Made by a program: the position numbers and the translations under genes. The notes beneath the pieces were generated by a model. It saw nothing but the letters and a program-made list of their open reading frames with translations. It was not told where the DNA came from and made no database searches. Source: Balanoglossus misakiensis (taxonomy: Eukaryota; Animalia; Hemichordata). Taken from it: DNA of 64,000 bases. The stretch spans positions 5,778,791 to 5,842,790 of the forward strand of contig CM082596.2 of assembly GCA_040954595.2 (NCBI GenBank), in the 5' to 3' direction. Within the stretch, counting starts at the first letter, position 1; each line of letters starts with the position of its first letter. Below, piece after piece: positions 36,301 to 49,400 of this stretch.

Positions 36301-38579
36301 ATATGATCTACACATGATCGTTCCATGAACTTTTCTTGTAATTATTGAGTAAATACAGAACAGACTTACCTAAATCACATAGTGATAAATAACAGGACCA
36401 TAAAAATGGATTATATTTTAAACTCTTTTTATAGTATTCAATTCCTTTGCTAAATCTCTCGGTATGACTGTAAGAAAACACAAGAGAAAACCAATCATAC
36501 AACTTTCATTACAGATGTCACAAATCAATGCTGTTCTTGATCACAGTGAACCATTCAAACATGTTTTTATGCCAGTCTCCGATAAACGCCACACCTACTA
36601 ACTTGTAAATGTAAGTCAACTGATATCTGATAGTAGTAGTTAGCTAGCTAGCAACATTCAACTTCCCATCCCACAGCTGTCTGTCTGTCTCTCTCTCTCT
36701 CCCCCAACAACTCACCTATACAGATCTCCAAGCATGGAGTACACAAAACCAGCAGCATCTCCGAACTCGGTGGGAATATCATCGTGTGACTTGTTTTTAT
36801 TAAAAACATTTCCAGCCAGACAGGTTTCCGACTCTGACCATCTGGCAGAAGAAAAGAAAACATGCCATCAACGCGATTTAAGGACTTCATGTGGGAAATA
36901 TACAGACACATACAAATAATGCATCTTTTCAGACTAAAAAATGAACAGAAGTAACACGGTAGAAAGCTATTCTCCTGGCTCAGCTGTTTTGTAACTTTGT
37001 TTCACTCGAAGCTCCACATACAGGAAATATTATAACTCTGTGTGTGTACATTGCAGCCAGCTATTGGTCAAGACTGATTAGCCTGGGTAACTGATTTTTA
37101 ACAGAAGTATAATCTTTATCGCAGATGCAAGCTACACTAAGCTACCAGAAGTATGCTGCTCTAATTTCCCACTCACCTTTCAAGATCTAGACAACATCTG
37201 GCAAAAAGAAATTTACACTGTGGCGTTGGACAGCCTTTGGACTGCAGCAGCCAATATGCGTTGATGGGTCGTCCCGCCCTGTAGTAACATGTCGCCAGTA
37301 AAAACAATGCTTCATCTGATCCAACTGAAAGAGTATGAAGGGAAGCAATTAAACATCAACCAATTATTAGCAATTGCAATGATGTAGACAACAGGCATTA
37401 GAAATTAGAACAACCAGTATCTTGTTATATAATCACTTATCTATAAATTTGAACGCTGATTCTGAAAGGCCAGTTTACATGTACCATATCCCCAAGGAAT
37501 CACTTTCACTTAAGAGATGTTATATTTATGAAAACAAGATGGTGAACACTATGTTTTCTTCTTCACCTACCTTCCGCATGAAGTCTTTCTGCCAAGAATA
37601 CAGCATCTTCATAGGCATAGTGATTCAGACAGTGCCATATAGCAGCCTGTGAAATTAGATCAAAAATGAAGTGGGTGTGTTAATGATTTCAACCCCATTT
37701 TTAAGTTTCACAGTCAACATATATCAACCCTTTTTGTCAATGCTGGTTACCCTAAGTTTACTGTTTACTGTTAACACAAACTGAAACGTGTACAAAAAAC
37801 AAATGGCTGATAAGCACACAAAGAACCACAAAAACATTAGCTTTCTCACACAAGCTATGGAGGTATCAATGGCCCAACCTTGTCTATAAACCATAACCCA
37901 CAAGTCTTGTACATCTATCACAGTCCATGTAATAGAAGAACGGACTGTGCATATATCAACATACTCAGTCACATCAGGTAAACTCAAAGCAATTTTGCAC
38001 CATTAGTAAACAAACAGGATGTTTATCAGTATAACTGCAATCTGAACCACGGTCAAGGTCATCACAGCTGTTACGTTGTGTTAATTGTTTTGTCTTCACA
38101 CTAAATTCTATCTTGGTTACCAAGATACAGCGATGGTTCACCTGGCGTTTTACGGCTTCCCCGTTGGCCGGGATCAACATAACAGTGTTAATGTGCCAAC
38201 GAGCCGGGAAGAAAGGCGGTTCCAAGGATTATTATTACAATACAGGGGAATATGTTAAGTTTTTACTGACAATGTTTACGACCATTGTCCTGGAAATGGA
38301 GGAAAAGCTAGAACTTCGGGTCATTTCAGACTGTGGTACAAGAACAAGAAGTTTCTCATCTCGATATTTCAAATGGCCGATCGTTGCGAAACAATCTGTC
38401 TGGGTACCGTACACACAGGGACAAGATCAAGGAATCGGTCTGTGTTATGTACATATGATGAAATGTACATATCTGAGAAATTACTGGCAATATACATCGC
38501 TGTAGTATGGCCGACGTACAGAACTAGTGGGCAGGGAACAAGAGATCTAAACTACCTGAACGGGTTCCTGGACAACCAT
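30337..38579 (-). CDS. CDC27: Cell division cycle protein 27 (APC/C TPR subunit APC3), ~19 exons
   Basis: First exon 38579-38556 MVVQEPVQ, next AAIWHCLNHYAYEDAVFLAERLHAE; TPR exons YHLEGMELYSTTLWHLQ, AWCATGNCFSLQKEHDTAIKFFQRAIQ, FAYAYTLLGHEY, ALMNFSWAMDLDPKGTNNQIKEAIDKRYLPDD; ends LQANESDESL* at 30337. Confidence 0.97.
33160..33243. mobile_element. piggyBac-like MITE in a CDC27 intron
   Basis: TTAA|CCCTTTCACC...GGTGAAGGG|TTAA; inverted relative of 44021-44105. Confidence 0.75.
34612..35000. mobile_element. 389-bp MITE with ~130-bp TIRs and 9-bp TSD in a CDC27 intron
   Basis: TAGTCTAGATATCTATACGTTCG...CGAACGTATAGATATCTAGACTA; TATTCAACT at 34603-34611 and 35001-35009. Confidence 0.92.
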
Positions 38580-39141
38580 ACTCGCTGGAAATCTGACGAA
38601 TAAATATAAATATCTCTGGAACGTTAAATTGCGACGATTTTTACCGGCTTCGCGAATCACTCGTCAAATAACGCCCGCCATTTTGTAGCCTCGTTTTAGA
38701 ATTATCATGTTTAACGTTGGTGGCGCATTTTACAGCGAAACCAACAATACTGGCGGACAAAACCCCAGGGGCAACGTGAAAGACATGGTTACATGTATAT
38801 GGTGATAAAATTATTTTTACGACATATTTTAGTCTTAAAGAAGACGAAAAAGTACAAATGAAGTTTACAAATGGCGTCAAGTGTGTAAATATCGATACTG
38901 TACATGGTAACAGCTGAAACATACACCGTTTTTACACAAAACAAAACTGAGCAATATTGAAAACAACAGCACCTTCGTTTAGTTTTTTTGTCTTTTGTTT
39001 TATTTTATTCAGTTATAACAAGAACAATGATCAGATTACACCAAACAACTCTTTCTAGATCTGTGTGCGTAAATATTGAATGTCAAGCAGAGACTGTGGC
39101 CCAATAAATACGTATTTCCCATTCATTTCCTTTGGCATTCT

Positions 39142-42100
39142 CTACATCCGAAATTTGGATATTTCATTTACCCTTCGTAAATGTTGTTTATAATCGGGTC
39201 CGTGAAGTTTGTTACTTATTCCTTATTCCTTATTCCTTATTCGAATGTGAAGTTTGTTACTTATTCCTTATTCCTTATTCCTTATTCGAATGTGAAGTTT
39301 GTTACTTATTCCTTATTCCTTATTCGGATTATGAAGTCTGTGACTTATTCCTTATTCGAAATCTGACTTTTTCCTTATTCGCAATCTGAAGTGTGTGACT
39401 TATTCCTTATTCGGATTCTGAAGTCTGTGACTTTTTCCTTATTCAAAGCTTATTCCTTATTCGAAATCTGAAGCCTGTGACTTTTTCCTTATTCGAAATC
39501 TGAAGTCTGTGACTTATTCCTTATTCGGATTCTGAAGTCTGTGACTTTTTCCTTATTCAAAACTTATTCCTTATTCGAAATCTGAAGTCTGTGACTTATT
39601 CCTTATTCGCATTCTGAAGTCTGTGACTTTTTCCTTATTCGAAATCTGAAGTCTGTGACTTGTTCCTTATTCGGATTCTGAAGTCTGTGACTTTTTCCTT
39701 ATTCAAAGCTTATTCCTTATTCGAAATCTGAAGTCTGTGACTTGTTCCTTATTCGAAATCTGAAGTCTGTGACTTATTCGTTATTCGGATTCTGAAGTCT
39801 GTGACTTATTCCTTATTCGAAATCTGAAGTCTGTGACTTATTCCTTATTCGAAATCTGAAGTCTGTGACTTATTCCTTATTCGGATTCTGAAGTCTGTGA
39901 CTTTTTCCTTATTCGAAATCTGAAGTCTGTGACTTTTTCCTTATTCGGATTCTGAAGCCTGTGACTTATTCTTTATTCGAAATCTGAAGTCTGTTGTCAC
40001 GACTGAGTTTGAACGCTCATAGATCCTTTCTATGATTACGTAAGAAGTCATTCACTTGTATTGACATAGGTACTTGACCCAGAGTAAACAAGCTTGTGTA
40101 ATTGATACATGTCAGAACGAGATAGAAATATCACGCGCTAAGTTGCGCTAAGTTCATGTTTAAGAAATATTAAGATGACGTGTTCCTTTTATGACTTAAG
40201 GGACCGTTCAGTTTTTACGGCCGGGGGGGGGTGGGGGGGGGAACAAAAAACCAATCGAATTTTTATAAGTTCATGTATGTTAGCATCGTTCTGTGAGGAA
40301 AGTACTATCAAAGGTCACCGTAGTTCACCCCAAAATTGGGCAAAACAATTGGACCCCATACTAGTCTAGATCCAACAAAAACCAGACCCCTCTTGTGTAA
40401 GACTCCATTATGTGCTCCATCGCCCCCCCAAAAGCCAGGACTCTAACTGCTGTGGATGCTGAGATATGGGAAAGTAGATCAAAGGTCATCCAAGGTCACC
40501 CAAAATTTGGGAAAAAATTTTAACCCCATACTGGTCCATGTTCAACAAAAATCAAACCTCTAGCCCTATTGGTTAGCCTGGAATTAGTTATGCACATAAT
40601 TAATGAGATAAGCAGGTGTCACAGGTAACCCCCAATTTTGGATTTTCAATTTGAGTCCCAACCCTCCAAACGCCAAGTCTGTACCTGCTCTGGGTGCCGA
40701 GATATATATAGGAAAGTAGGTCAAAAGTCATCTGAGGTCACCCAAAATTTGGGCAAAATTTTTTTCAGATTTTCGTCAGATTTCGAATAAGGAATAAGTC
40801 ACAGACTTGAGCTTTGAATAAGGAATAAGTCACAGACTTCAGAATCCGAATAAGGAATAAGTCACAGACTTCAGAATCCGAATAAGGAATAAGTCACAGA
40901 CTTCAGATTTCGAATAAGGAATAAGTCACAGACTTCAGATTTCGAATAAGGAATAAGCTTTGAATAAGGAAAAACTCACAGACTTCAGAATCCGAATAAG
41001 GAATAAGTCACAGACTTCAGATTTCGAATAAGGAACAAGTCACAGACTTCAGAATCCGAATAAGGAATAAGTCACAGACTTGAGCTTTGAATAAGGAATA
41101 AGTCACAGACTTCAGAATCCGAATAAGGAATAAGTCACAGACTTCAGCTTTGAATAAGGAATAAGGAATAAGTAACAAACTTCACATTCGAATAAGGAAT
41201 AAGGAATAAGGAATAAGTAACAAACTTCACATTCGAATAAGGAATAAGGAATAAGGAATAAGTAACAAACTTCCAACACCTTTTATAATCGTCAAGTGTC
41301 TTTCTGTGATCATAGAGCGATCGTTGGTCTCCAACTCGACGGAAGAATTCCAGGTTGTCTCTTATTATCTGTTCGGATTCCCTCAACCAATTTTTCTGCC
41401 GAGGGGAGGTATCCAGTTTATTAACGTTAGATGTTCGGTAATCATAAAATGATCTTTGATCCTCAACCCGACGAAGCAGCTCCAGGTTTTCCCTACTTAT
41501 TTTTTCGAACTCCCTTAGCCGGTTTTTCTGGCGAAGTTTTGCGTCTCCCTGTTTGTTATCGTCAAGTGTCCTGTAATCATAAAAAGATCTCTGGTCTTCA
41601 ACCCGCCGGAAAAGTTCCAGGTTTTCTCTGGCGATTCTCTCGGAATCTCTCAGACGGACTTTCTGGTACGACGATAGTTGGTACTTCGGTATGTGGCGTT
41701 TCAAGTGATTATCCAAACGTGGTCTCCCGGCGTCTATTCGAAGTAACCTTTCGAATTGTTGCTTGTTTTCTTCAACTATTTTTGTGGCTCGGTCAGTATC
41801 CGATCTGCCTTTCTTTAGCCTCAAGTGTGCAAAACTAGTTGGAGTCTTGTTGTCCACGGCTGGCTGTATCCTCTCAAGTCGTTCTTTTTCTCTCTGCATA
41901 ACTCTTTCTTGGTCGAAATGAAGTTTCTTCAGTTTTCTTGCTTTGATGACGTCGTAGGTAGTCACCGCGTTATCAATTGTGGCATGAGCGTTGGCAATTT
42001 TTCTCTTATGCTCCTGATCGTTCTTATTCCTCTTCTTATTCCTATCGTAGCGTCTAAACATCCCCGCTTGCCAATGCGTATCTAGGGCCGTGCTCACACC

Positions 42101-42184
42101 CTCCACCTTACGACGGTGAATGTGGAATGCCTTCTCCTTGTCTCGCCTGGTAATACTTCTAATTTCTCGATGGTGCTGAAGCAT
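39142..42184 (-). CDS. Intronless CFAP97D/hemingway (KIAA1430-domain)-like ciliary protein, interrupted near the 3' end by a transposon
   Basis: Motifs HRRKV, AHATIDN, PAVDNKTPTSFAHLRLKK, KIVEENKQQFERLLRI, ERIARENLELFRRVE..RSFYD resemble the CFAP97D family (recognised from memory). Removing 39187-41281 joins ...TLDDYK to QHLRRVNEISKFRM* (stop 39144-39142), giving 315 aa; as it stands the ORF stops at 41144. Confidence 0.7.
39196..41281. mobile_element. 2.1-kb non-autonomous foldback (Mutator/FB-like) transposon with minisatellite TIRs and 9-bp TSD
   Basis: TSD TTTATAATC at 39187-39195 and 41282-41290; termini GGGTCCGTGAAGTTTGTTAC / GTAACAAACTTCCAACACCT; arms ~39203-39993 and ~40778-41273 built of 45-bp outer and 32-bp inner units with TTATTCC subrepeats in opposite orientation. 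Confidence 0.88.
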
Positions 42185-42265
42185 CTTGAACGTCTTGGGA
42201 ACTCGGATTATCCAAAAACGCGACCGGAATCCCGTCCTTACGTCTGACCACAGTCACTGCGCGTA

Positions 42266-42283
42266 TGACGTCGCCAAGGTTAC
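42266..42283 (-). promoter_or_regulatory. RFX X-box-like plus CRE-like site ~90 bp upstream of the CFAP97D-like ATG
   Basis: GTCGCCAAGGTTAC (one mismatch to GTNRCC-N0-3-RGYAAC) overlapping TGACGTCG; X-boxes are typical of ciliary genes. Confidence 0.5.
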
Positions 42284-42977
42284 CTGGTCGTAAAAATACC
42301 TGTACCCATCTCATTCACTTGTTGAACGTCAGCGCGATCACCCGTACGAGTTACTCTGTATCGATTCACTCACAAATCTTTTGTGTTGTCTTTTCCTGTA
42401 TATCGCTTTCATCCACTTAGACAGACAAAAGAAGTACATGCATCCTCTTCTCTTTGGGGGATTACCCTTCGAACTTTAGAAGTTGGAGAGGGTTAAGCAA
42501 ATAAAACCAACCACAGCACAGTAAGACAACATTCCTGGTCAAACCAGGTATCGACTACTTACCGACCATTAGCAGCATCACCAACGACCAGAAACCTCTG
42601 AAATTTCGACCATGTAGTCAAGTCAGGCAGTTGTTTTCATGTTCCACAGACATCAAGGCTCCGGCTAGATTATATACTTGTTCATGCATCACTTTCTATA
42701 CCTAGAAACAAACAAAAAACTGATATCAATCCAAACAGTTTAAAGGTAATTTCACTATTATAAAATTACAAATTAGAAAATTTTAAACAAGCAAACTTGC
42801 TGTTTATTTACTTATTGTTGATAATTGTTAGGTGTCTCTCAATAAAATGATGAATAAATGTGAACACAACACCTCCAGCAGTTTCATCTGCAGTGTCTTC
42901 TTTCTCTGTTACTCCATAAGGCAATTTCTGCTGTACCTCTCATAGACTCTATTTGATTATTCAAAACCCACTATTAA

Positions 42978-43161
42978 AGGTATACAGTCACCTTCAATTT
43001 ACATACGCCCATATATGGCTGAAATTGCGTATTTGAGCATTCTAAAGCACATATGGTGGCGCTCTTTTTTGGGTGTGCCACCCACTGAAAATGCGTGATT
43101 GGCTAGATCTCAAGTTTACCATGGTAACTGTAGCTAAACTTCCATAGGTGACCGTATACCT
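42978..43161. mobile_element. 184-bp Kolobok-like MITE
   Basis: TTAA|AGGTATACAGTCACCT...AGGTGACCGTATACCT|TTAA. Confidence 0.8.
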
Positions 43162-43493
43162 TTAAATGAAGACGTGATGACAGAGCAAAAACACATAACA
43201 ATACAAATAAACAAACAGCTTGAACAAGTACATGTTTGAATAATTAATTGTGCAACTTCTTCTTCACTTATATGTATGAACAGACATGACAAATGAACAA
43301 ATAAAAAAAGACGAAAATAAATAAACAAGAGAAATATGTTTTATTGTCATCATTGTCATTTACATATTCCAATGTCTTCTGATGAATTAACTATCATTTT
43401 ATGGCTTTGCTTTTATAATTTATGGAAAGGTGTTTTGTGTAATACTGTATTGAAGATTCCAAACAGCTCTCAGTGAGTATCACACTGAAATAT

Positions 43494-46400
43494 TCAATCT
43501 TTTTTCTGGTTGTCTTTCTTTTTTTGCAACTTTCCCATCAGTCTAAACATTTCCTTCTTCTCTTTCCTCTGCCTGTTTATCAGTTTGTCTCCCTGAACTT
43601 TCATCTGTCAAATAAAAAAATATAATAGCAGTTAAGTACGCGCAGAATACAAAATACAGAGCAAAAGTTTGCTGACATTAACAGTCATAGATTACAGGTG
43701 TTCATATAGTTTGTACATACCTGGTTTCTGTGTTCCTTGACTCTCATTTTCATTGCCTGGTTTTGCTTACGTGTCTTGTGCTGATTAATTGTTGATAACT
43801 GCCGCAGAAGATTGACGACCTGATCAGACGAACACAAAAAGAGAACTCGCGTTTTATTATATAGTTACAACAACCCGAAAGTCGTCATTCCCTTAGAAAA
43901 CATAACATTACATGCATATTTCTGTTCTCCTGTCATTTTGAGGTGCTCAAAACAGGTGCAACTAGTCTCCCTACTTTCCTTGACACTATTCTGTTTTGAG
44001 ATCACTGGTGCTCATATTAACCCTTTCACCCCTTGTTCCCTCTTTAGAGGTCCAACCTCACCATAGAAAATAATAGGTTTGGACTGAACCATGGTGGTGA
44101 AAGGGTTAAATGTGCCTTCAATGCAGTTATAACTGTAATGAAGACATACAACTCACCCTACGCTCCCCTGGTTCTCTGATGACAACTCTGTGCTTCTCCA
44201 GAAGAGGGTCCACTTTCTGTTTCTTCTTCTTGGTCGCTTCCTGCTTGGGTTTGGCGTTGAACGGCAGTTCTTTTTGCAGTTGCTTTGGAATGCGTATGGG
44301 ATTGAACACTCTTGGTTTCCTTGCGATTGGCTGCAACAGAGACGCACATATCAGATTAGACTGTAACCTGCCAGCCATGATCAGTCAACATTGCCTTTCT
44401 GTACATCATGCATACTTGTGCAAGGAATTAAACAGTGCCAACTCCAATACTAGTCTTCTGTTGGACATATTTCCTGAAGTTGAAATTTATTTATCTCAAC
44501 TTGAACCTGAATATACAGTGAACACTGTCTTTACAAACGCCCCTCTAATCAAGACATTTCGCTATTAAGGGCAGATTTTCTGGTATAGGTGTCCTTCATG
44601 AACAGGTTTCACTGTATATTCAAAACAGTAGACTGTGAACCTAAATGCAATGACAAAATTTACCATGAAGTACAAGGCAACTCACCTTATAGAGGGAGTC
44701 TTCCGACTGTTGTATCGCCAAGTTTCTTTCTTTCCTGAGCTGTCCTGTTGTCTTCATGCCGACCCATTTATCTTTCTTGTCTTTCGGTAGCAGTAATGAC
44801 GTGACAGGGTTGTAGAATTTGGGAACCATCACTGGGTACCACGTTCTCACAAACACAATATCTGGTCGAAGAAAAAGAACCGTCCCTGCACATTACACAG
44901 TGGCTAAGATGTTGTGTTTCTGTCTGAACAAATACGGTACATGCAAGTGTGAATTAAACCATACCGGGCATATTCAACCTCACTGTGTGTCCCTCTGCAT
45001 GTTTGACATGTTTATATGCACGTATTAAGTATGTACCTAGTTTGGATCACACACGCACACAGACGGGGCTCAAAATCATCACGTACCACTCATGATCAGC
45101 TTGTCTTCAAAGGTAGCACGGAATGCGCCCTCTGGTGTTCGCACCGATTTCTTGATCTGTCCACGAATTCCACTCACTGAGCGAATAGCTGCACCTTCGA
45201 ACTTAGCCACTTCCAGTTGGGAACTAAACATTCCCTGGAAAGACAGAAAGACCAAACTCTAATCTATTAATTTCACAAATTTTAACAAAGCTGTCTGGCC
45301 TTGGTATGCAAGTTTAAATAACAGAAAGTAATTTGAATACGCTGTTCACTTTTTTTGAATCAAAGACCCAATTCACATAATATGGATCCAAGTTTTGATG
45401 TGGATATATACAAAGCTAGTTGAGACTGGTGAGGACTTATTACCTTGATGAAAGCAGTGTTCTTGTAAATCTTGAATGGTGCACCGGTCAGTTTTAATTT
45501 CTTGACAATTGTAACCGATTTATCCAAATCAAGGACCGTTCCAGTGGCTGCAATTCTGAAACGTGACTGAAAAAAATACAACAAAACAAGAGTTAATGAA
45601 TGGCAATGAATGGAAAAAAAGTCTTAATTAGGAACTACAAAAACAAACATGGAGAAAAACTTACTGAGATGTCACACACTGACTGAATCCCCAAAATTCC
45701 AGTTCCTGGTGGTGTGATGGGTCCTGTAATACAATGTCAAGACAAGATTAAAAATCAGATGGTTTACATTTCTACAGTAGAGAGACCAATCACTGCAATT
45801 TCAGTACAACATTATTTCCACTTTTCATGTATCTTTTATTGATGAGCATATGATTTTCTTCCATGTTGTCTACAAGGCACACTTTTCTGTGGATGATATA
45901 AGGTACAATGATGAATACTCAAAACAAATCTCAAGAAACTATCGTATAGCACACCTAACCAATCATCCTGAACCAACTCATATCCCAGTATAGTAGTAAG
46001 GATGTGGGAAGTCCCATAACAAAAGATAACATAACAAATTCTTAGCAGCAGACTCACTGATGACTTTCTGATGATTTCGTACTCACCCCAAATAGTCGCA
46101 TGGCAATGCAAATGTTCCGGTGTGTATTTCAACAACCTGTGTCGACCGTTGTGATCTTGTATGGAATACATGGGCAAAGTTTGGAATCGACGCCATCCCA
46201 ATGAGATAATCAGAGGATCCCGGGTCTTCAGAATTCTATCGTACCATCTGTGCTTCTTCAGTCGCACCTGTAAAAACATGGATGACATACATCATTATAA
46301 GAGTTTTAGAACAGCGTCTCCAAATTAGCTTGAAATGAATTGGCTTTGTCCCAAGATGTTGAATTTCATGTGCTCTAGGAGACAAGCAGTCCAAAACAAA

Positions 46401-49400
46401 GGATTATAGTTACCAGAATCATGAGTGTGCCTTTACATGGACCAACAATGTTTATAAATTAAAATTACACTTACAAGAGAACAATCATAAGGCAGCACAT
46501 TACCTGAACAAAGCCAATGTTTTCTTCACTGTTGAGAAGTCCACCAAGTATCATTGGATATGTAGGATCGAAGTTCGTCACAAACTCACAGGACACTTCA
46601 GCAAGCTGAAACAATAACAAAAACACTGAATTTATACCTTTAGCTATACTTGGGACATCCATCTGTCGGTCTGCTATGTTCTATCTGGTTCTGCTCTGAC
46701 AATTTTGGTTCTTCCTTCATGATAGAAATCACACTCACTGCGACTGCAACCAACTGCACACACCAATGATATTCTTGCGTGAAAAGGCAAGAAACATATC
46801 TGAATGCAACTAGGAAACTACAGCCAATTGACGTACCTCAACTCTGACGTACAAGCCAGGTCGGTAGCCTTCATACAATACCCTGACATCATCCTCCATG
46901 TCTTCAAACTCAGCTCTGTTTATCTGTCATGATGGACATAAAAAGACTTTTAGTACGAAGCTGTAGACCACTGACATACATGCAATATTTACTGTAAAAT
47001 CAGACTAGTTTTGTATTATTTTATTTTTAGTCAAACAATTCATTCAAAATGGTCAATGTTTCCCCCAGCAAATTAATGCAATGTGCGATGGTACCCATAA
47101 CCTACCTGAGCTTGCTCATCAAGTTGTTGTTTTAATTCATCATAATACGAGGTCCCACCATCCTTGTCATCATATTCAGCATCGAAAGCTTCTTTCATCT
47201 TTCTTTTTCTCTCCATTCTCTTCTCTTTCTCACCCATCTCTTTCTCCTCATCCTCTTTCTCCAACTCTTCATCATTACTTCCATCACTATCTGCATCTCC
47301 TTCCTCGTTGCCATGGTGCTTTTCGCCTGTCTCAAGGTCTTCAAAATCCCCAAACATTTCGTCTACATAAAGGTCAAGGGACAGAGGTCAAAGTTTAGCG
47401 TACTAGGGGCAATGTCAAAGTTCTGCAAGTACATTTTGTACTCTTTGGGTGTGTGCATGAGTGTATGTACTACACTATCGCTCTTTTACAGGTCTACCCT
47501 TCAAAACATGTTGTATCATAGCCAGTATTTGTCTCTGGATGATATGTATGTGAACATAGCTAGTGCAAAAACAACTGTTGCAAAGTTTGGATGTGTACAA
47601 CACTCAGAATCTGATGATGCAACCAGAGTCTGCACAGAAGGGGGGAAGTACACCTGAAAACAAGATGGCCAACACATCAAAAGCATTTGTGACACCAACG
47701 TTACCTACCATCATCTTGTAATAGTTTCTCTGCATCTTCACTCTCGTTCCATTTACCAGTTACAAAACAATCTTGGATCTGCTCTTTAATCTGGAGAAGA
47801 ATAGATAAAAAAGATGGTTTTCAATAAAAGAAAAGCTAATATCAAAACATCTCAATTCACGGATTTGATTTGAGTATTCATGAATTAATTTGGGTGTGTG
47901 AACAAATCTGTATTCAGTGCTGTGTCTACAGGGCAACACACCAGAAAATTTCAGAAAATAATATTCTGCAAATTTATTGAGAAAAAATGCATGCAACATC
48001 AAGATTCATAACCACTGAAGATAATTCATTATTTGTGATTATCGGAGTCTGTCCTCACCTCTTCAAGATCCCAGTCCACAATTTTTGTCACGTCGAATCT
48101 GGAACAATCCAGCCCATTCAACGACCTAGTGCTTGCTTGCTTGGTTGCCTTGACAACTGTAAACAGTCCTCCCACATCATCTGATTGGCTGTCGTCTTCA
48201 TCTTCTATATCCATCACTATAAACACAGAGTTATCAATGAGGTCGACTTCTATCAGAATGCTTTTAGATCTTACAGACAAAGCACCACACTTAATTCCTT
48301 TAACCAGTTAAGTTACAAACAGACCAACATCTCTCAGTGCGTACAGTAACAACTTACATGATAGAATTTTAAGTATGAAAAATCACAAAAATGGTGAGAC
48401 AAGACACTCCTATTGAGTTTGAGTAATAGCTTTATGAACGCTTTACCTTGACCATAGACTATCTTCTTCAAGTTCTTACTATCAGCTTGTCTGTCAAGGA
48501 ATGCGCTAGAAGCTTTCTGACCAAGATTCTCTTTCCATTTGAGATGCCCTGCAACAAATATCAAAGAGAGATGAAAAGGTGTTATGATATTGAAAAAAAA
48601 CTAAGACATTTGCTTTATGATGCAGCTCTCTGAAATCGAAGTGCTTACACACCATTAGCCAGTTACAATCTCAAAGGTACCTAGTTACATTTCTACAGAG
48701 GTCCACTCTAAAAGAAAGCTTCCATATCTGGAGGAAAGCAAACTTTGGGGATTGTCAAATATTCTCCAACCTTTTCCAAGAATTTCCTCCTGGTCGGCAT
48801 CATCTTGATCGCTTGAATCGTCTGTATCCATAGAAACATCATTTTCATCCCAGTCTTCATCATTCGCAACAGCTGCCAGTTCTTTTTCTTTTTCGTCTTT
48901 CCGCACATCTTCTTTCTTGGCTTTTTTGTCCTTTTTGTTTTTGTCCGTTTTGCTAAGATCTTTTTCTATTTTGTCAGATTTTTGTTCAGCAGTCCTCGGA
49001 CTATCAGCATTTTCACTTTCCTCATCTGTTTCCATGGTAACATTACTGTCATTATCATCCTCTTCCTCCTCCTGTTCATAATCACCATCATCCTCATCCT
49101 CATCATCATCATCATCATCATCATCCTTCTTGGAGACAGGTTTTGTTCTTACTTTCCTCATTTTATCTTCAGCCAATTTGAGTTTCACTCCACCAACTCC
49201 TGACTTGAGAAGTTCATCTGGGTCGACATCAAAGTCATCATCGTCTGAGTCTGCATAGACAATGTCTCTGTTGTCCTGATAATAAATAATGTAAAAAACA
49301 CACATGGTCATTAAGAGGTACCACATCCCCAGGTAATATACTAAGTTACGTTCTGCTGTGTCATGGACATCACGTCGTGATTCCCAATGTAATCAAACCT

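Noticed and set aside
39132-39389. + strand ORFs with repeated CEVCYLFLIPYSLFE / VKFVTYSLFLIPYSN
   Set aside because: By-product of the 45-bp TIR minisatellite.
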